Assembly: GCA_026390695.1 (NCBI GenBank)
Contig: JAPLFL010000103.1
Location: 8,963-72,962, forward strand
DNA from: Candidatus Kapaibacterium sp.
GTDB taxonomy: Bacteria > Bacteroidota > Ignavibacteria > Kapaibacteriales > UBA2268
Length of the DNA stretch: 64,000 nucleotides
Direction: 5' to 3'
Program-made: the position numbers and the translations under genes
The notes under the pieces: model-generated
What the model was told of the DNA's origin: nothing
What the model saw: the letters and a program-made list of their open reading frames with translations, nothing else
Databases searched by the model: none
Shown here: piece after piece, positions 18,215-28,129 of the stretch
Layout of the letters: every line of letters starts with the position of its first letter
Position numbering within the stretch: position 1 is the stretch's first letter

Positions 18215-19155
18215 GACCAAAGTCATATTTCTGGGGAATTTTCTTTATCTCTCTTGGTCTATTGCTTTTATTGCAAGATTTAAAAGTTTTATATATAAGT
18301 TTTGCAGATAATTTGCAGTTGTGGCCAATTGTAATAATTATTTTCGGTATTTGCTTTTTAAAAATACCAAGATTCATTAAATCCATATTATCTGGCATAG
18401 CCGGCTTGATTATGGCAGGATTTATTGTCGGAATTATTTCCAGCCATGGATTAATCCCTGGGAATTTTTCAGTAAATTTTCCTGATAATATTAATTTTGA
18501 TGATAAAACATATAGCGATAGCTTGAACGAATCTGTGTCGCTGCCTCAACCAGTCGGGATTATACTCGCAAAATTGAATTTCTCCGGTGGAGCAGGGAAA
18601 TATATTTTTTCTGATTCAGCGTCCGATAAGTTAATTGATATAAGATCACATGAAAAACGTGATAATATCGAAATTAGTTCGGAAGTGAAAGACTCAGTTG
18701 CTGAAATTCACTATGAATCTAATTTCAACAACATTATGATGAAAAAGAATGTTCGACATGGATCGAGAATATTATTGAGTGGCAAGATCCCATGGGAATT
18801 AAAGATGGATGCGGGTGCTTCAAAGTTGTTATGCGATTTTACTAAAAATATTATAAGGAAAATCGATTTTGATGGCGGAGCTTGCAGTATAAACTTTAAA
18901 ATTGGTGACCGCTCTGATACTACTCTTATGACCTTCGACATCGGCGCAAGCGCATTAAAAATTCAAATTCCCGAAACTTCTGCTTGCGAAATAGAGTGTG
19001 AAACAGGACTTTCGAGCAGAAGCTTCCCTAACTTTCATTTAGTTTCTGAAAATGTCTGGCAAACAGAAAATTTTAATACATCAGTTAAAAAGGTGTTTAT
19101 AAAAATTTCCGGTGGTGTTTCATCATTTAAAGTAGAACGATATAAGATTAATTAA
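18211..19155 (+). CDS. LiaF/LiaI-like membrane protein with periplasmic beta-rich domain
   Basis: YFWGIFFISLG..LWPIVIII transmembrane helices, followed by GAG/GAS beta-repeat segments; coupled to pspC. Confidence 0.7.
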   Translation: MRPKSYFWGIFFISLGLLLLLQDLKVLYISFADNLQLWPIVIIIFGICFLKIPRFIKSILSGIAGLIMAGFIVGIISSHGLIPGNFSVNFPDNINFDDKTYSDSLNESVSLPQPVGIILAKLNFSGGAGKYIFSDSASDKLIDIRSHEKRDNIEISSEVKDSVAEIHYESNFNNIMMKKNVRHGSRILLSGKIPWELKMDAGASKLLCDFTKNIIRKIDFDGGACSINFKIGDRSDTTLMTFDIGASALKIQIPETSACEIECETGLSSRSFPNFHLVSENVWQTENFNTSVKKVFIKISGGVSSFKVERYKIN

Positions 19156-19194
19156 TTTTTTAGTTAATTATTTATTTTATTCCTTATTGTGGTT

Positions 19195-19391
19195 GAGACT
19201 GTCTCAAAGGTAGAATATTTACCAAAAATGTCATTCTCGCGCATGAGACTGTGTGAAAACTACCTTTTCTTGTCATTCCTACGCATGCAGGAATTCCCAA
19301 TTGCGCCATGGAAGCGGATTTCTGCATGCGCGGGAATGACATTCCATTGGAATTTCCTCGCGTTCACACACTCTCATGCGCAGGAATGACA
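19195..19391. repeat. Composite MITE/REP locus
   Basis: GAGACTGTCTCAAA at 19195, GCAT|GAGACTGTGTGAAAACT at 19245, inner REP doublet, and CTCTC|ATGC at 19375. Confidence 0.85.
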
Positions 19392-19442
19392 GATGCGATG
19401 CTTTTAAAACTTCCGCTTAGGTGTGTTTGTCATTTTGAGAGT

Positions 19443-19495
19443 AACAAATAAGAATGTTTGTTCTACTAAGAGTAGGTCAGACATTCTTGTCTGAC
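19443..19495. repeat. GTAG-type REP doublet
   Basis: GTAG-GTCAGACA-ttct-TGTCTGAC (19472-19495), preceded by an inverted degenerate copy ending CTAC (19443-19466). Confidence 0.65.
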
Positions 19496-19706
19496 ATTGT
19501 TAGAATATCCATTAAACTCTATATAATAATCGAAATCACTTTATATATAAAGGCGTAAATTCAAATGGGAAATATCATTAAATAAATATTTATAATATTT
19601 TTTGTTCATAACTTTAACAATAAAAATTCACTGTTTCGTCAATACTAAAAATATAATTTGGCATGTTAAAAATATTTACTTTTTTTATCAATAAAATGGA
19701 GCTATA

Positions 19707-20888
19707 ATGGAAATGGATATTTGTTACGGTGGCATACCGAGCCGCATTCCAAACAATTCGATGGGAATTCGTGGTTATGATTTTGTTGAATTCTATGTTG
19801 GTTCTGCCAAACATGTAGCTTATTGGCATGCCAAGGCTTTAGGCCTTGATATAACGGCATATTGCGGTCCTGAGACGGGTGTTCGGGATAGAACCTCATA
19901 CCTTCTGACCAGTCCTTACGGAATGCGAATTGTTATAACATCTGCTCTGAAACCGGATACTTATGATATCAATTCATTTATTACTAAACATGGTGATGGC
20001 GTTAAACGCTGGGCTGTTGAAGTTGTCGATGTTACCGATGCATTTATGAAAGCTCTAAAGGGTGGTGCAGTGCCGCTTATCAAGCCTCACAAAATAGAAG
20101 ATAAAGAGGGTTATGTTGAAGAAGCCGCAATCAGACTGTATGATTCAACTGAAATAGTTTTTATAAATCATGATAATTATCGTGGAATCTTCAAACCTGG
20201 CTTTGGGAAACCTAATCAGAATATACCATTCAGCAGGCATGAGACAGGTTTAAAAGTTATTGACCATATTGTTGGGAATGTTCATATAAATGAAATGGAC
20301 TATTGGGCTGAATACATTAACAAAGCTCTTGATTTTGAAACATTCATTTATTACGGCCCCGGCGACATTTCAACGAAATACTCAGCTTTGCTTTCAAAAG
20401 TAGTTCGCTCAAAAGATGGGAAAATTAAAAATCCGATTAATGAACCTTATGAAGCCGAACGTCTTTCGCAAATTGATGAATATATCCAGCAGTACAATGG
20501 TACCGGAATCCAGCACATTGCATTAAGTACCCGAGATATTATAGCGACCGTCGGTGCACTTAGAGATAACGGAGTAGAATTTTTAGATGCACCGCCTCAT
20601 GCTTATTATGAAAATTTATCTAAAAGGGATTTTGGATTAACTCAAAATCTCAACGATTTGGAAAAATTAGGGATTTTATGCGATGTTGAAGGTACTGGCT
20701 ATCTATTACAAATTTTCACAAAGCCATTTAGTGATCGCCCAACATTCTTTTATGAAATTATTCAAAGATGTAATGGAGCTCAGGGTTTTGGACAAGGTAA
20801 TTTTCAGGCACTATTTGAATCAATCGAAAGAGATCAGGATAAAAGAGGGAATTTAACTATAATTGAAAATCCAATAAATGTTATGTAA
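19707..20888 (+). CDS. hppD: 4-hydroxyphenylpyruvate dioxygenase
   Basis: DFVEFYVG, HGDGVK, IDHIVGN, GIQHIAL, LLQIFT, FYEIIQR and GFGQGNFQALFESIE. The start codon is uncertain. Confidence 0.95.
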   Translation: MEMDICYGGIPSRIPNNSMGIRGYDFVEFYVGSAKHVAYWHAKALGLDITAYCGPETGVRDRTSYLLTSPYGMRIVITSALKPDTYDINSFITKHGDGVKRWAVEVVDVTDAFMKALKGGAVPLIKPHKIEDKEGYVEEAAIRLYDSTEIVFINHDNYRGIFKPGFGKPNQNIPFSRHETGLKVIDHIVGNVHINEMDYWAEYINKALDFETFIYYGPGDISTKYSALLSKVVRSKDGKIKNPINEPYEAERLSQIDEYIQQYNGTGIQHIALSTRDIIATVGALRDNGVEFLDAPPHAYYENLSKRDFGLTQNLNDLEKLGILCDVEGTGYLLQIFTKPFSDRPTFFYEIIQRCNGAQGFGQGNFQALFESIERDQDKRGNLTIIENPINVM

Positions 20889-20942
20889 ATTTCCGAATAT
20901 TCCGTAATTTTGGCAAATTTACAAAATTTTAAATGGGGAAAA

Positions 20943-22103
20943 ATGGCGTTTTATCATAAGCTGGGGGAGATACCTCAGAAAAAACATACAACTTTTTATA
21001 AAGCTGATGGCAAATCACTTTATCGGGAAGAGCTTGTAAGTTCTATTGGATTTTCAAGTATTTATTCAAACAAATACCACATCAATGCTCCTACTCAGAC
21101 TTTGGAAGTCAAGGAATTAGCAGTTATAACCGAAAATTTATGGGATGATGCTAAACTTATTCAGTATCATTTTTTGACAAATCGGTTACATACTGGAGGC
21201 AATTTTTTTTCGGCACGTGATCTATTTCTGACCAATCCTCATTGTAAGATCCATACAGCCAAACCTACACACAACCCCGATTATTTTTATAAGAATGCTT
21301 ATTTTCACGAATATATTTTTGTTCATCATGGAACCGGTAAATTTGTATCGGAGTATGGAGTTTTTGATTTTGAGCCAGGCGATCAGATTGTAGTATATAA
21401 AGGCATTATGTTCAGCATGCTTTTCGATGATTTTGAAAATAATAAAATCGTTGTTGTCGAATCGGATTCTCCTTTTGAAATACCAAAACATTTCAGAAAT
21501 GATTATGGGCAATTGACTGAGGATGCCCCATTTTGCGAAAGGGATATTAAAATACCAAATAGGCTCGAAATTCACGATGAAAAAGGCGAATATAAATTGC
21601 TGATCAAATACGGGAACAGACTTCATGAATTTATAGTTCCGAATCATCCATTGGATGTTGTAGCTTGGGATGGTTATCTTTATCCTTTTGCAATAAATAT
21701 CAAAGATTATGCACCTAAGGTAGGTAAATTGCATTTACCTCCACCGGTGCATCTATTGTTCTCTACTCAACATTTTGTGATTTGTAATTTCTGTCCGCGA
21801 CCTTATGATTTTCATCCTCAATCAATTCCAGCACCTTATTTTCACACGAATATTGATAGTGCAGAAGTCTTATATTATATTGAAGGTGAATTTATGTCGA
21901 GAAAGGGTATAGAGGAAGGCTCAATCACCTTGCATCCAATAGGAGTTCCTCATGGGCCTCAACCCGGGAAAACCGAGCAATCTATCGGTGCAGTAAAAAC
22001 TGATGAGTATGCCTTAATGGTGGATACTTTTGAGCCATTGGCTGTGACATTAAATGTTAAAAATACTTTGATTGAAGATTATTATAAATCATGGTTAGAC
22101 TGA
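20943..22103 (+). CDS. hmgA: Homogentisate 1,2-dioxygenase
   Basis: YHKLGEIPQKKHT, HPLDVVAWDG, HLPPPVH, PYFHTNIDSAEV and TLHPIGVPHGP; follows hppD. Confidence 0.93.
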   Translation: MAFYHKLGEIPQKKHTTFYKADGKSLYREELVSSIGFSSIYSNKYHINAPTQTLEVKELAVITENLWDDAKLIQYHFLTNRLHTGGNFFSARDLFLTNPHCKIHTAKPTHNPDYFYKNAYFHEYIFVHHGTGKFVSEYGVFDFEPGDQIVVYKGIMFSMLFDDFENNKIVVVESDSPFEIPKHFRNDYGQLTEDAPFCERDIKIPNRLEIHDEKGEYKLLIKYGNRLHEFIVPNHPLDVVAWDGYLYPFAINIKDYAPKVGKLHLPPPVHLLFSTQHFVICNFCPRPYDFHPQSIPAPYFHTNIDSAEVLYYIEGEFMSRKGIEEGSITLHPIGVPHGPQPGKTEQSIGAVKTDEYALMVDTFEPLAVTLNVKNTLIEDYYKSWLD

Positions 22104-22136
22104 GAAAAATTTTAATTAAAAATAAGGAGATATTTA

Positions 22137-22862
22137 ATGAATAGAAATGAATTTTTAAAAAACAGCCTCATAGTCGGCGCTGCTACTGTTCTATCGTCAA
22201 AATCAATGCTTGCCGAGACCATAAGTGCAAGCGAAATTGATTCATTAGTGGATTCAAAAGGTATATTCATCCAAAAGAAATTATCATATCCTGAAGACTT
22301 TTTAGAGCCATTTATGGATGCTGAAACATTACATCTGCATTATACTTTTCATCACTCAGCCGCCGTTAAAGGGGCGAATGATGATATGAAAAAGATTAAA
22401 GAAGCTTTGGAAGCCAATAATCTTGATACCGTTGACCATTGGACAAAAAAATTATCGTTTCATTTTTCTTCACATTTCTTGCATTCTGTTTTTTGGACAA
22501 ATTTAACTAATAAAAAGTCCGAACCAAAAGGTGAGCTGCTTAAAAGAATCGAGAATCAATTCGGATCTTTTGAAAAATTAAAATCTTACATTTCAACTAT
22601 TGCTAAAAATATTGATGGCAGTGGCTGGGGAATATTAGGATATCAGCCATTCTCAGATAGCCTGGCTGTCATGCAAATTGAAAATCATGAGAAATTATCA
22701 CATTGGGGAGTAGTTCCATTGCTTGTAATAGATGTTTGGGAACATGCTTATTATCTGAAATACCGCAACAAAAGAGCCGATTTTGTATCTGCTCTATTTA
22801 ATCTAATAAATTGGGATAATGTAGCCATGAGGCTTGATCATGCAATCAAGCAAAACAGATAG
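22137..22862 (+). CDS. Fe/Mn superoxide dismutase with Tat-like leader
   Basis: LHYTFHH, SHFLHSVFW, GSGWG and DVWEHAYY; leader MNRNEFLK..MLA. Confidence 0.92.
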   Translation: MNRNEFLKNSLIVGAATVLSSKSMLAETISASEIDSLVDSKGIFIQKKLSYPEDFLEPFMDAETLHLHYTFHHSAAVKGANDDMKKIKEALEANNLDTVDHWTKKLSFHFSSHFLHSVFWTNLTNKKSEPKGELLKRIENQFGSFEKLKSYISTIAKNIDGSGWGILGYQPFSDSLAVMQIENHEKLSHWGVVPLLVIDVWEHAYYLKYRNKRADFVSALFNLINWDNVAMRLDHAIKQNR

Positions 22863-23014
22863 ATGAATGTTAAAAAGAATAAACAAACTTTTTTTTTATA
22901 ACCGTTGCTTGCAAGTGAAAATGTCAATATTTACTCGTTGCAGAATATAACAGAAAGTTTTTTTTAGAGCATTTTTTAATTGTTTAATAGTCAATCAATT
23001 TCAGGAAAAATATA

Positions 23015-23374
23015 ATGAATAAAATAAAAAAATACGATGTGGAATTAGCAACCCGGATACGTATTTGCCTTTCGGGTCTGGAAGCGGTAAATGAAAAAGA
23101 AATGTTTGGGGGCTTGACATTTATGGTGAATGATAAAATGTGTGTGGGAGTCATCAAAGAAGAGATGATGTGCCGTATTGATCCCGATTTTCACGATACT
23201 GCAATTGAAATGACCGGATGCCGAACCATGGATTTCACAAAAAAACCAATGAAGGGATACATCTATATTGCTGATGAAGGAATGAAAACCAATGAAGATT
23301 TTGATTATTGGATCAATCTTGCATTAGAATTTAATAAAAAAGCAAAATCATCAAAAAAAGCTAATAAAAAATAA
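23015..23374 (+). CDS. TfoX N-terminal domain protein
   Basis: EKEMFGGLTFMVNDKMCVGV..MCRIDP..MDFTKKPMKGYIYI. Confidence 0.85.
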   Translation: MNKIKKYDVELATRIRICLSGLEAVNEKEMFGGLTFMVNDKMCVGVIKEEMMCRIDPDFHDTAIEMTGCRTMDFTKKPMKGYIYIADEGMKTNEDFDYWINLALEFNKKAKSSKKANKK

Positions 23375-23458
23375 TCAACCAACTTTATGAACTGACAAAC
23401 TCATTCATCGGGGTAGCCGAAAACCGTGCAGAGTAGGCATAATTTATTAGGAGATTTT

Positions 23459-23887
23459 ATGGAATTCAAAATTAACATGGCTGCTGTACTTGTTTCAGTA
23501 GTTGCGAATTATATAATCGGAGCAATATGGTATATGCCCCTCTTTGGAAAAATTTGGGGTAGAGAAATGGGTTACGATCCCAATATGAAACCCGATAAAA
23601 AACTGATGTATAAAGGGATGATTTATATGATAATCGGGAATTTCCTTTTTGCATGGGTTTTTGCTCATAATACCGAAGCCTGGCGTTTTGTACCTGGAAT
23701 GAATGAAATGAGCACTTTTTCAAAAGCATTTTCTTCAGCTTTTTTCACATGGCTCGGTTTTTATTTACCTGGGTTTCTTTCATCAACAGTCTGGGAGAGA
23801 AAATCATGGACACTTTTCTTCATCAATAGCAGTTATCAATTCATTGCTTTAATTGTAGTATCAATGATCCTGACTTATTGGAGATAA
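23459..23887 (+). CDS. DUF1761-like membrane protein
   Basis: INMAAVLVS..IGAIWYMPLFGKIW with four transmembrane helices. The ATG at 23459 follows AGGAG. Confidence 0.8.
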   Translation: MEFKINMAAVLVSVVANYIIGAIWYMPLFGKIWGREMGYDPNMKPDKKLMYKGMIYMIIGNFLFAWVFAHNTEAWRFVPGMNEMSTFSKAFSSAFFTWLGFYLPGFLSSTVWERKSWTLFFINSSYQFIALIVVSMILTYWR

Positions 23888-23921
23888 ATTTACTGTTTTT
23901 TATAATTTAAATTTGTACTCA

Positions 23922-24293
23922 ATGAAAAACGCAATAAATTGGTTTGAAATTCCAGTCAAAAATTTCAATAATGCAAAACTCTTCTATGAAACTATTCTTG
24001 GCACTGAGATGCAGGTTATGGAAGCAATGGGGATGATTTCAGCATTCTTTCCGGCTGAAATGGAAACAGGTGGTATTGGAGGATGTATAATAGCAGGTCA
24101 AGGGTATGAACCGTCTGCTAATGGAACAATTATATATCTTAATGGAGGAGATGATTTGAATATTCCTCTTTCAAAGGTTGAGCAAGCCGGTGGTAAAGTT
24201 CTTTTACCCAAAACAGCCATTGGTCATAATGGATTCTTAGCTTTCTTTTCCGATACTGAGGGAAATAAAATAGGATTTCATTCGAGGGATTAA
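23922..24293 (+). CDS. VOC/glyoxalase family protein
   Basis: AINWFEIPV..AKLFYETIL..GGKVLLPKTAIG..FSDTEGNKIGFH. Confidence 0.9.
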   Translation: MKNAINWFEIPVKNFNNAKLFYETILGTEMQVMEAMGMISAFFPAEMETGGIGGCIIAGQGYEPSANGTIIYLNGGDDLNIPLSKVEQAGGKVLLPKTAIGHNGFLAFFSDTEGNKIGFHSRD

Positions 24294-24302
24294 ATACAAA
24301 AT

Positions 24303-24450
24303 CGGGAATCCACTTCCAGTGCCAAATAATGGGATTGCTGCAACTGAGCCTGTGGTAAAACTGAGGAATTTATATTATTTCATCCTGGACAAAGCGAAGG
24401 ATCACTCCAAATATGGCTGTAAGAGATATTCTTCGCTTTGCACTGGATGA
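24303..24450. repeat. Degenerate REP/GAG-end remnant plus a second palindrome type
   Basis: CGGGAATCC..CCAGTGCCAA..GGGATTGCTGCAACT|GAGCCTGTGGTAAAACT, then CATCC..AAAGCGAAGGATC...TTCTTCGCTTTG..GGATGA (24380-24450). Confidence 0.65.
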
Positions 24451-24559
24451 TAATCCAGTGTAATTTTAAGGTTTGGTACAGTCACATACACTGGAATGAT
24501 ATTGAAAAGATTTCTTTAGTTTTTAGATAATTTATCTTTGAATGTTTTAATATTTTTGT

Positions 24560-24585
24560 TAATTTCGCTATTAGACGAAATGACA
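24560..24585. promoter_or_regulatory. Putative ArsR operator 1
   Basis: TTTCG-ctattaga-CGAAA inverted repeat just upstream of arsR1; a near-identical site lies upstream of arsR2. Confidence 0.6.
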
Positions 24586-24605
24586 AATTGAAATATATTT
24601 AAATT

Positions 24606-24950
24606 ATGAAAAAATTACTTAAAATATTTAAAGCCTTATCTGATAAAAACAGAGTCAGAATTTTATTAATGCTAACCAAGAAAAAGCTCTGTGTCTGCGA
24701 GATTCAGGACATTCTCGGTATTACAGTTTCAACTGTCTCCAAACATCTATCTATTTTGAGAGATGTTGAATTCATAAATGATGAAAAAGATGGCAAATGG
24801 GTGAATTACAGCCTCAATACTGCCTCGAAGGATATTGTATTAAACCAGATAATGCTTATTTTACCCTTTTATCTTAATGATGATGAATTAATAAAATCCG
24901 ATTTCGAAAAAGTTAATACTGTTTGTAGAAAAAATTTATGCAACATTTAG
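24606..24950 (+). CDS. arsR: ArsR/SmtB metalloregulator, copy 1
   Basis: FKALSDKNRVRIL, LCVCEI (CVC site), VSKHLSIL and GKWVNYSL. Confidence 0.92.
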   Translation: MKKLLKIFKALSDKNRVRILLMLTKKKLCVCEIQDILGITVSTVSKHLSILRDVEFINDEKDGKWVNYSLNTASKDIVLNQIMLILPFYLNDDELIKSDFEKVNTVCRKNLCNI

Positions 24951-25008
24951 TTTTATATAAATTATTTCGTTGTTTGTCCAAATATGATAAACTTATTAAA
25001 GGCTAATT

Positions 25009-25512
25009 ATGAAATTTCAAAATCTATTCTTTTTAATTGCTCTTGTTTTGGTAATTCTCTTCACTTATACTTTATCACAAAATAGAGTATTCCCATCTAT
25101 TAGAATTAAGAAGTTGACGGGAGAAATAGTCGATACAAGAAACTTCGGAAATAATGGGAACCCGTTTCTAATAGTTTTTTTTGGTACTTGTTGCAACCCG
25201 AGTTTAAAGGCAATGAGTGAAATAAGTGAAAATTACAAGATATGGCAAAATAAATATAAACTTAAAATAATAGCAATTTGTATTGATGATTCCAGAAACA
25301 GTAAAAAAGTAGCTCCATTGGCAAAAAGTAATGGCTGGATGTTTGACATTTTTCTTGACGAGAACAGTGATTTCAAAAGAGAAATGAATGTAAGCGACAA
25401 ACCTCATTTTACTCTTTTTGACGGGAAAGGGAAAATATTATATCAAAAAGCAGGATATATGCCTGGGTTAGGTAATGAGATAAAAAAAGTATTGGAGGAA
25501 ATTCCACAATGA
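25009..25512 (+). CDS. Exported TlpA/AhpC-like redoxin with atypical active site
   Basis: Signal peptide and thioredoxin fold; GTCCNPS replaces the usual WCxxC. Confidence 0.75.
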   Translation: MKFQNLFFLIALVLVILFTYTLSQNRVFPSIRIKKLTGEIVDTRNFGNNGNPFLIVFFGTCCNPSLKAMSEISENYKIWQNKYKLKIIAICIDDSRNSKKVAPLAKSNGWMFDIFLDENSDFKREMNVSDKPHFTLFDGKGKILYQKAGYMPGLGNEIKKVLEEIPQ

Positions 25513-26441
25513 AACAATACCAAACTATAACTGTTACAATCTTGGCTTGCTTGTTCTGTGCATTTAAAGTCCACACTCAATGTCCTTGCATGGGGGGTGC
25601 CTCAGTAGGAGGACTCACACCAATTGCTGGTACTTCTAATATAGGCATATTAAAAGAAGGAAATCTTAGAGCAATGTCTTTTTATTCTTACTCAAATGGG
25701 AATAGATACTACAGCGGAGATATTCTGGCAGAAGAGGGATTGGTTAAAAGTTTCAATTCTTCATATTTAGGACTTTTAATAGGTTATGGTATTCTTGAAG
25801 ACCTGACAATAGATACAGAAATAGGTTATTACTTAAATAAGGCACAAGATTTTGGTGGATATACATTGTCCGGTTCAGGTTTTTCACATGCTACCCTTTA
25901 TGGGAAATACAATGCTTTTAATAGTAGAGCTAAAGAATTTGAGTGGACTATTGGACTTGGTGCTAAAATACCTTTGAATTTCATTGAACAGAACCTGCCT
26001 CAGAATATTCAATCTTCTACTGGTGCTTTTGGTGCTGTTTTAATTTCTTATTTTCACAAGGGCTATAAGTCCGAAGGACTGCATTTTATTCTTGTAAACC
26101 GTGCAGAGTTCAATGCTGAAAATAAAAATACCTATAAATATGGTAGTAGTTTAATTAATTCCTTATTTGTTACCAAAAGTATTTTCGATAAACTTACAGG
26201 TATGCTGGAATTCAGAAGTGATTTAAAGCTTAAAGATACAAAATATGGTGTAAAGAATGAAGATTCAGGCTGGAACATATTCGTCTTATCTCCACAATTA
26301 AGTTATTCATTATCGGATTTCAATATTTCTGCATACTTTGATATTCCCTTATACAAGTATTATAATGGTAAGCAATTGACAAATAAAAATTCACTTGGTT
26401 TAACATTCACTTGGCAAAACAATTTATTAAAAGGAATTTAA
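25509..26441 (+). CDS. Putative outer-membrane beta-barrel/transporter with N-terminal CPC motif
   Basis: Signal peptide, mature QCPCMGG, and alternating aromatic/Gly beta strands ending LGLTFTWQ. Confidence 0.6.
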   Translation: MKQYQTITVTILACLFCAFKVHTQCPCMGGASVGGLTPIAGTSNIGILKEGNLRAMSFYSYSNGNRYYSGDILAEEGLVKSFNSSYLGLLIGYGILEDLTIDTEIGYYLNKAQDFGGYTLSGSGFSHATLYGKYNAFNSRAKEFEWTIGLGAKIPLNFIEQNLPQNIQSSTGAFGAVLISYFHKGYKSEGLHFILVNRAEFNAENKNTYKYGSSLINSLFVTKSIFDKLTGMLEFRSDLKLKDTKYGVKNEDSGWNIFVLSPQLSYSLSDFNISAYFDIPLYKYYNGKQLTNKNSLGLTFTWQNNLLKGI

Positions 26442-26443
26442 AA

Positions 26444-26851
26444 ATGGATTCAGTTGAAATAATGAGAAATACAAAATCTTTTGCAATTATCGGAGCTTCA
26501 GCAAAGGAAGAAAGCTATGGTTTTAAATTAGTCAAAAATCTAATTGATGCTGGTTACGTTGTTTATCCGATGAATCCGAAATATCCAAAAATATATGGGA
26601 TAAATACCTTCCAGTTTTTTAGTGATTTACCTGATTCACCTAATAACATTGTTCTTGCAATGTCTCTAGCAAACAATTTAATAGCTCTGGAACAAATCGA
26701 AGCAAATTGTAATTCATATATCTGGTTTCCTCCAGAATGTTGGAACGATGAAATAATTGCAAAAGCAAAAGATAAGAATTTAAAATTTCTGAAAGATGTA
26801 TGTCCAATTGGTACATATCTGTTATTAAATTTTTCGAGTGAGATAAAATAA
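26444..26851 (+). CDS. CoA-binding domain protein
   Basis: FAIIGAS..YGFKLVKNL..VYPMNPK..IWFPP..DVCP; the ATG at 26444 is preferred. Confidence 0.8.
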   Translation: MDSVEIMRNTKSFAIIGASAKEESYGFKLVKNLIDAGYVVYPMNPKYPKIYGINTFQFFSDLPDSPNNIVLAMSLANNLIALEQIEANCNSYIWFPPECWNDEIIAKAKDKNLKFLKDVCPIGTYLLLNFSSEIK

Positions 26852-26852
26852 T

Positions 26853-27746
26853 ATGTCCTATAATCACACTCATACCAAGACCAGTAGTAAATCAGAAAAG
26901 AACCTGATTATTACAATATTTTTAAATTTTATTATTAGCTTTATTGAAATCATTGGAGGGCTTCTTTCAGGAAGTTTATCACTAATATCAGATGCTCTTC
27001 ATAATTTCAGTGATGGTATAGCGATTATCATTACATATATTGCCATGAAGTTGAGCAAGAAACCCAAAACTTTTAAATACACCTTTGGATTTAAGAGAGC
27101 TGAAATTATTGCAGCAATCATAAATTCTTCAACATTGATAATAATTTCATTTTTTTTAATCAAAGAAGCTGTTGAACGGATTAATCATCCCAGTCCGATA
27201 ACTGGCTCTATAATGCTTATTGTAGCCACAATTGGTTTAATTGCAAATATTGTCGGTACTTTGTTGCTCAAAAAGGGGTCTAAGAATAGTTTGAATATGC
27301 GAGCTGCATACTTCCATTTACTTAGTGATGCTATTTCAAGCCTTGCTGTGGTTATTGGAGCTGTTTTTATTATTTTCTTTAATATTTATTGGCTTGACCC
27401 TCTTATGACGATTGTCATCTCTATATACATTTTAAAAGAAGCATACATCATTGCTAAAGAAGCTGTTGAGGTTTTAATGATGTCCGTTCCAGATGGAATT
27501 GATATTCAAGAAATGAAACAGGAAATTGAATCTAAGGCAGGTGTTATCAACTTACATCACCTCCACTTATGGAAATTAAATGATAAAGATATTCATTTTG
27601 AAGCTCATATTGAAGTAAATGATTCCCTAATAAGTTCCTTAATGCCATTAAAAATTGGAATTGAAGAAATTCTTAAATCTAAGTTTGATGTAAACCATAC
27701 AACCATTCAATTTGAGGTTTCACAATGCGAAAACATACTTGTTTAA
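26853..27746 (+). CDS. czcD: Cation diffusion facilitator (CzcD-like)
   Basis: GSLSLISDALHNFSD, TFGFKRAEI, AAYFHLLSD, HHLHLWKL and HTTIQFE. Confidence 0.9.
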   Translation: MSYNHTHTKTSSKSEKNLIITIFLNFIISFIEIIGGLLSGSLSLISDALHNFSDGIAIIITYIAMKLSKKPKTFKYTFGFKRAEIIAAIINSSTLIIISFFLIKEAVERINHPSPITGSIMLIVATIGLIANIVGTLLLKKGSKNSLNMRAAYFHLLSDAISSLAVVIGAVFIIFFNIYWLDPLMTIVISIYILKEAYIIAKEAVEVLMMSVPDGIDIQEMKQEIESKAGVINLHHLHLWKLNDKDIHFEAHIEVNDSLISSLMPLKIGIEEILKSKFDVNHTTIQFEVSQCENILV

Positions 27747-27795
27747 ATAATAAAAAAATAAATTTCTAAATACAAATTAAAAAGGAAATACGCTC

Positions 27796-28122
27796 ATGGA
27801 ATCAAATTCTAAAACACCTATGGAATTATTAAAAGAATTCGCTCCCGAATTCTCTAAAAATCAAATGGACGAAAAAGCATTGCTTTTTGAAAATCCAAAT
27901 TATCAGGTTGTACCTAATAAATATAAAATTCTTATTGGGATTGGAGTTGCCTCTGCACTTGGTTCTGATACATGCACACAGATGTGGACTAAAATGGCAA
28001 AACAAAGTGGTTTAACCAATCAAGAGATTACTGAAGCTATTATGGTAGCCCGTTATATGAAGCAAGCAACAGTAAATGATACTGTTGCAAATTCTTTTAA
28101 ATTTCTTATTGAAAATAGCTGA
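27796..28122 (+). CDS. Carboxymuconolactone decarboxylase/AhpD-like protein
   Basis: KYKILIGIGVASALGSDTC..AKQSGLTNQEITEAI. Confidence 0.75.
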   Translation: MESNSKTPMELLKEFAPEFSKNQMDEKALLFENPNYQVVPNKYKILIGIGVASALGSDTCTQMWTKMAKQSGLTNQEITEAIMVARYMKQATVNDTVANSFKFLIENS

Positions 28123-28129
28123 GGTTATT

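Noticed and set aside
19189-19389. Short ORFs over repeat loci (19189-19389, 39041-39271, 39049-39234, 43617-43889, 44964-45191, 30842-31069)
   Set aside because: They are translations of the palindromes (peptides such as MQESP, IPACAGMT and PLPNPPRRGG) and are not supported as independent genes.
22863-24300. Integron cassette array (TfoX, DUF1761 and VOC are cassette-like genes)
   Set aside because: No attC-like GTTRRRY/RYYYAAC structures or integron integrase were recognised.
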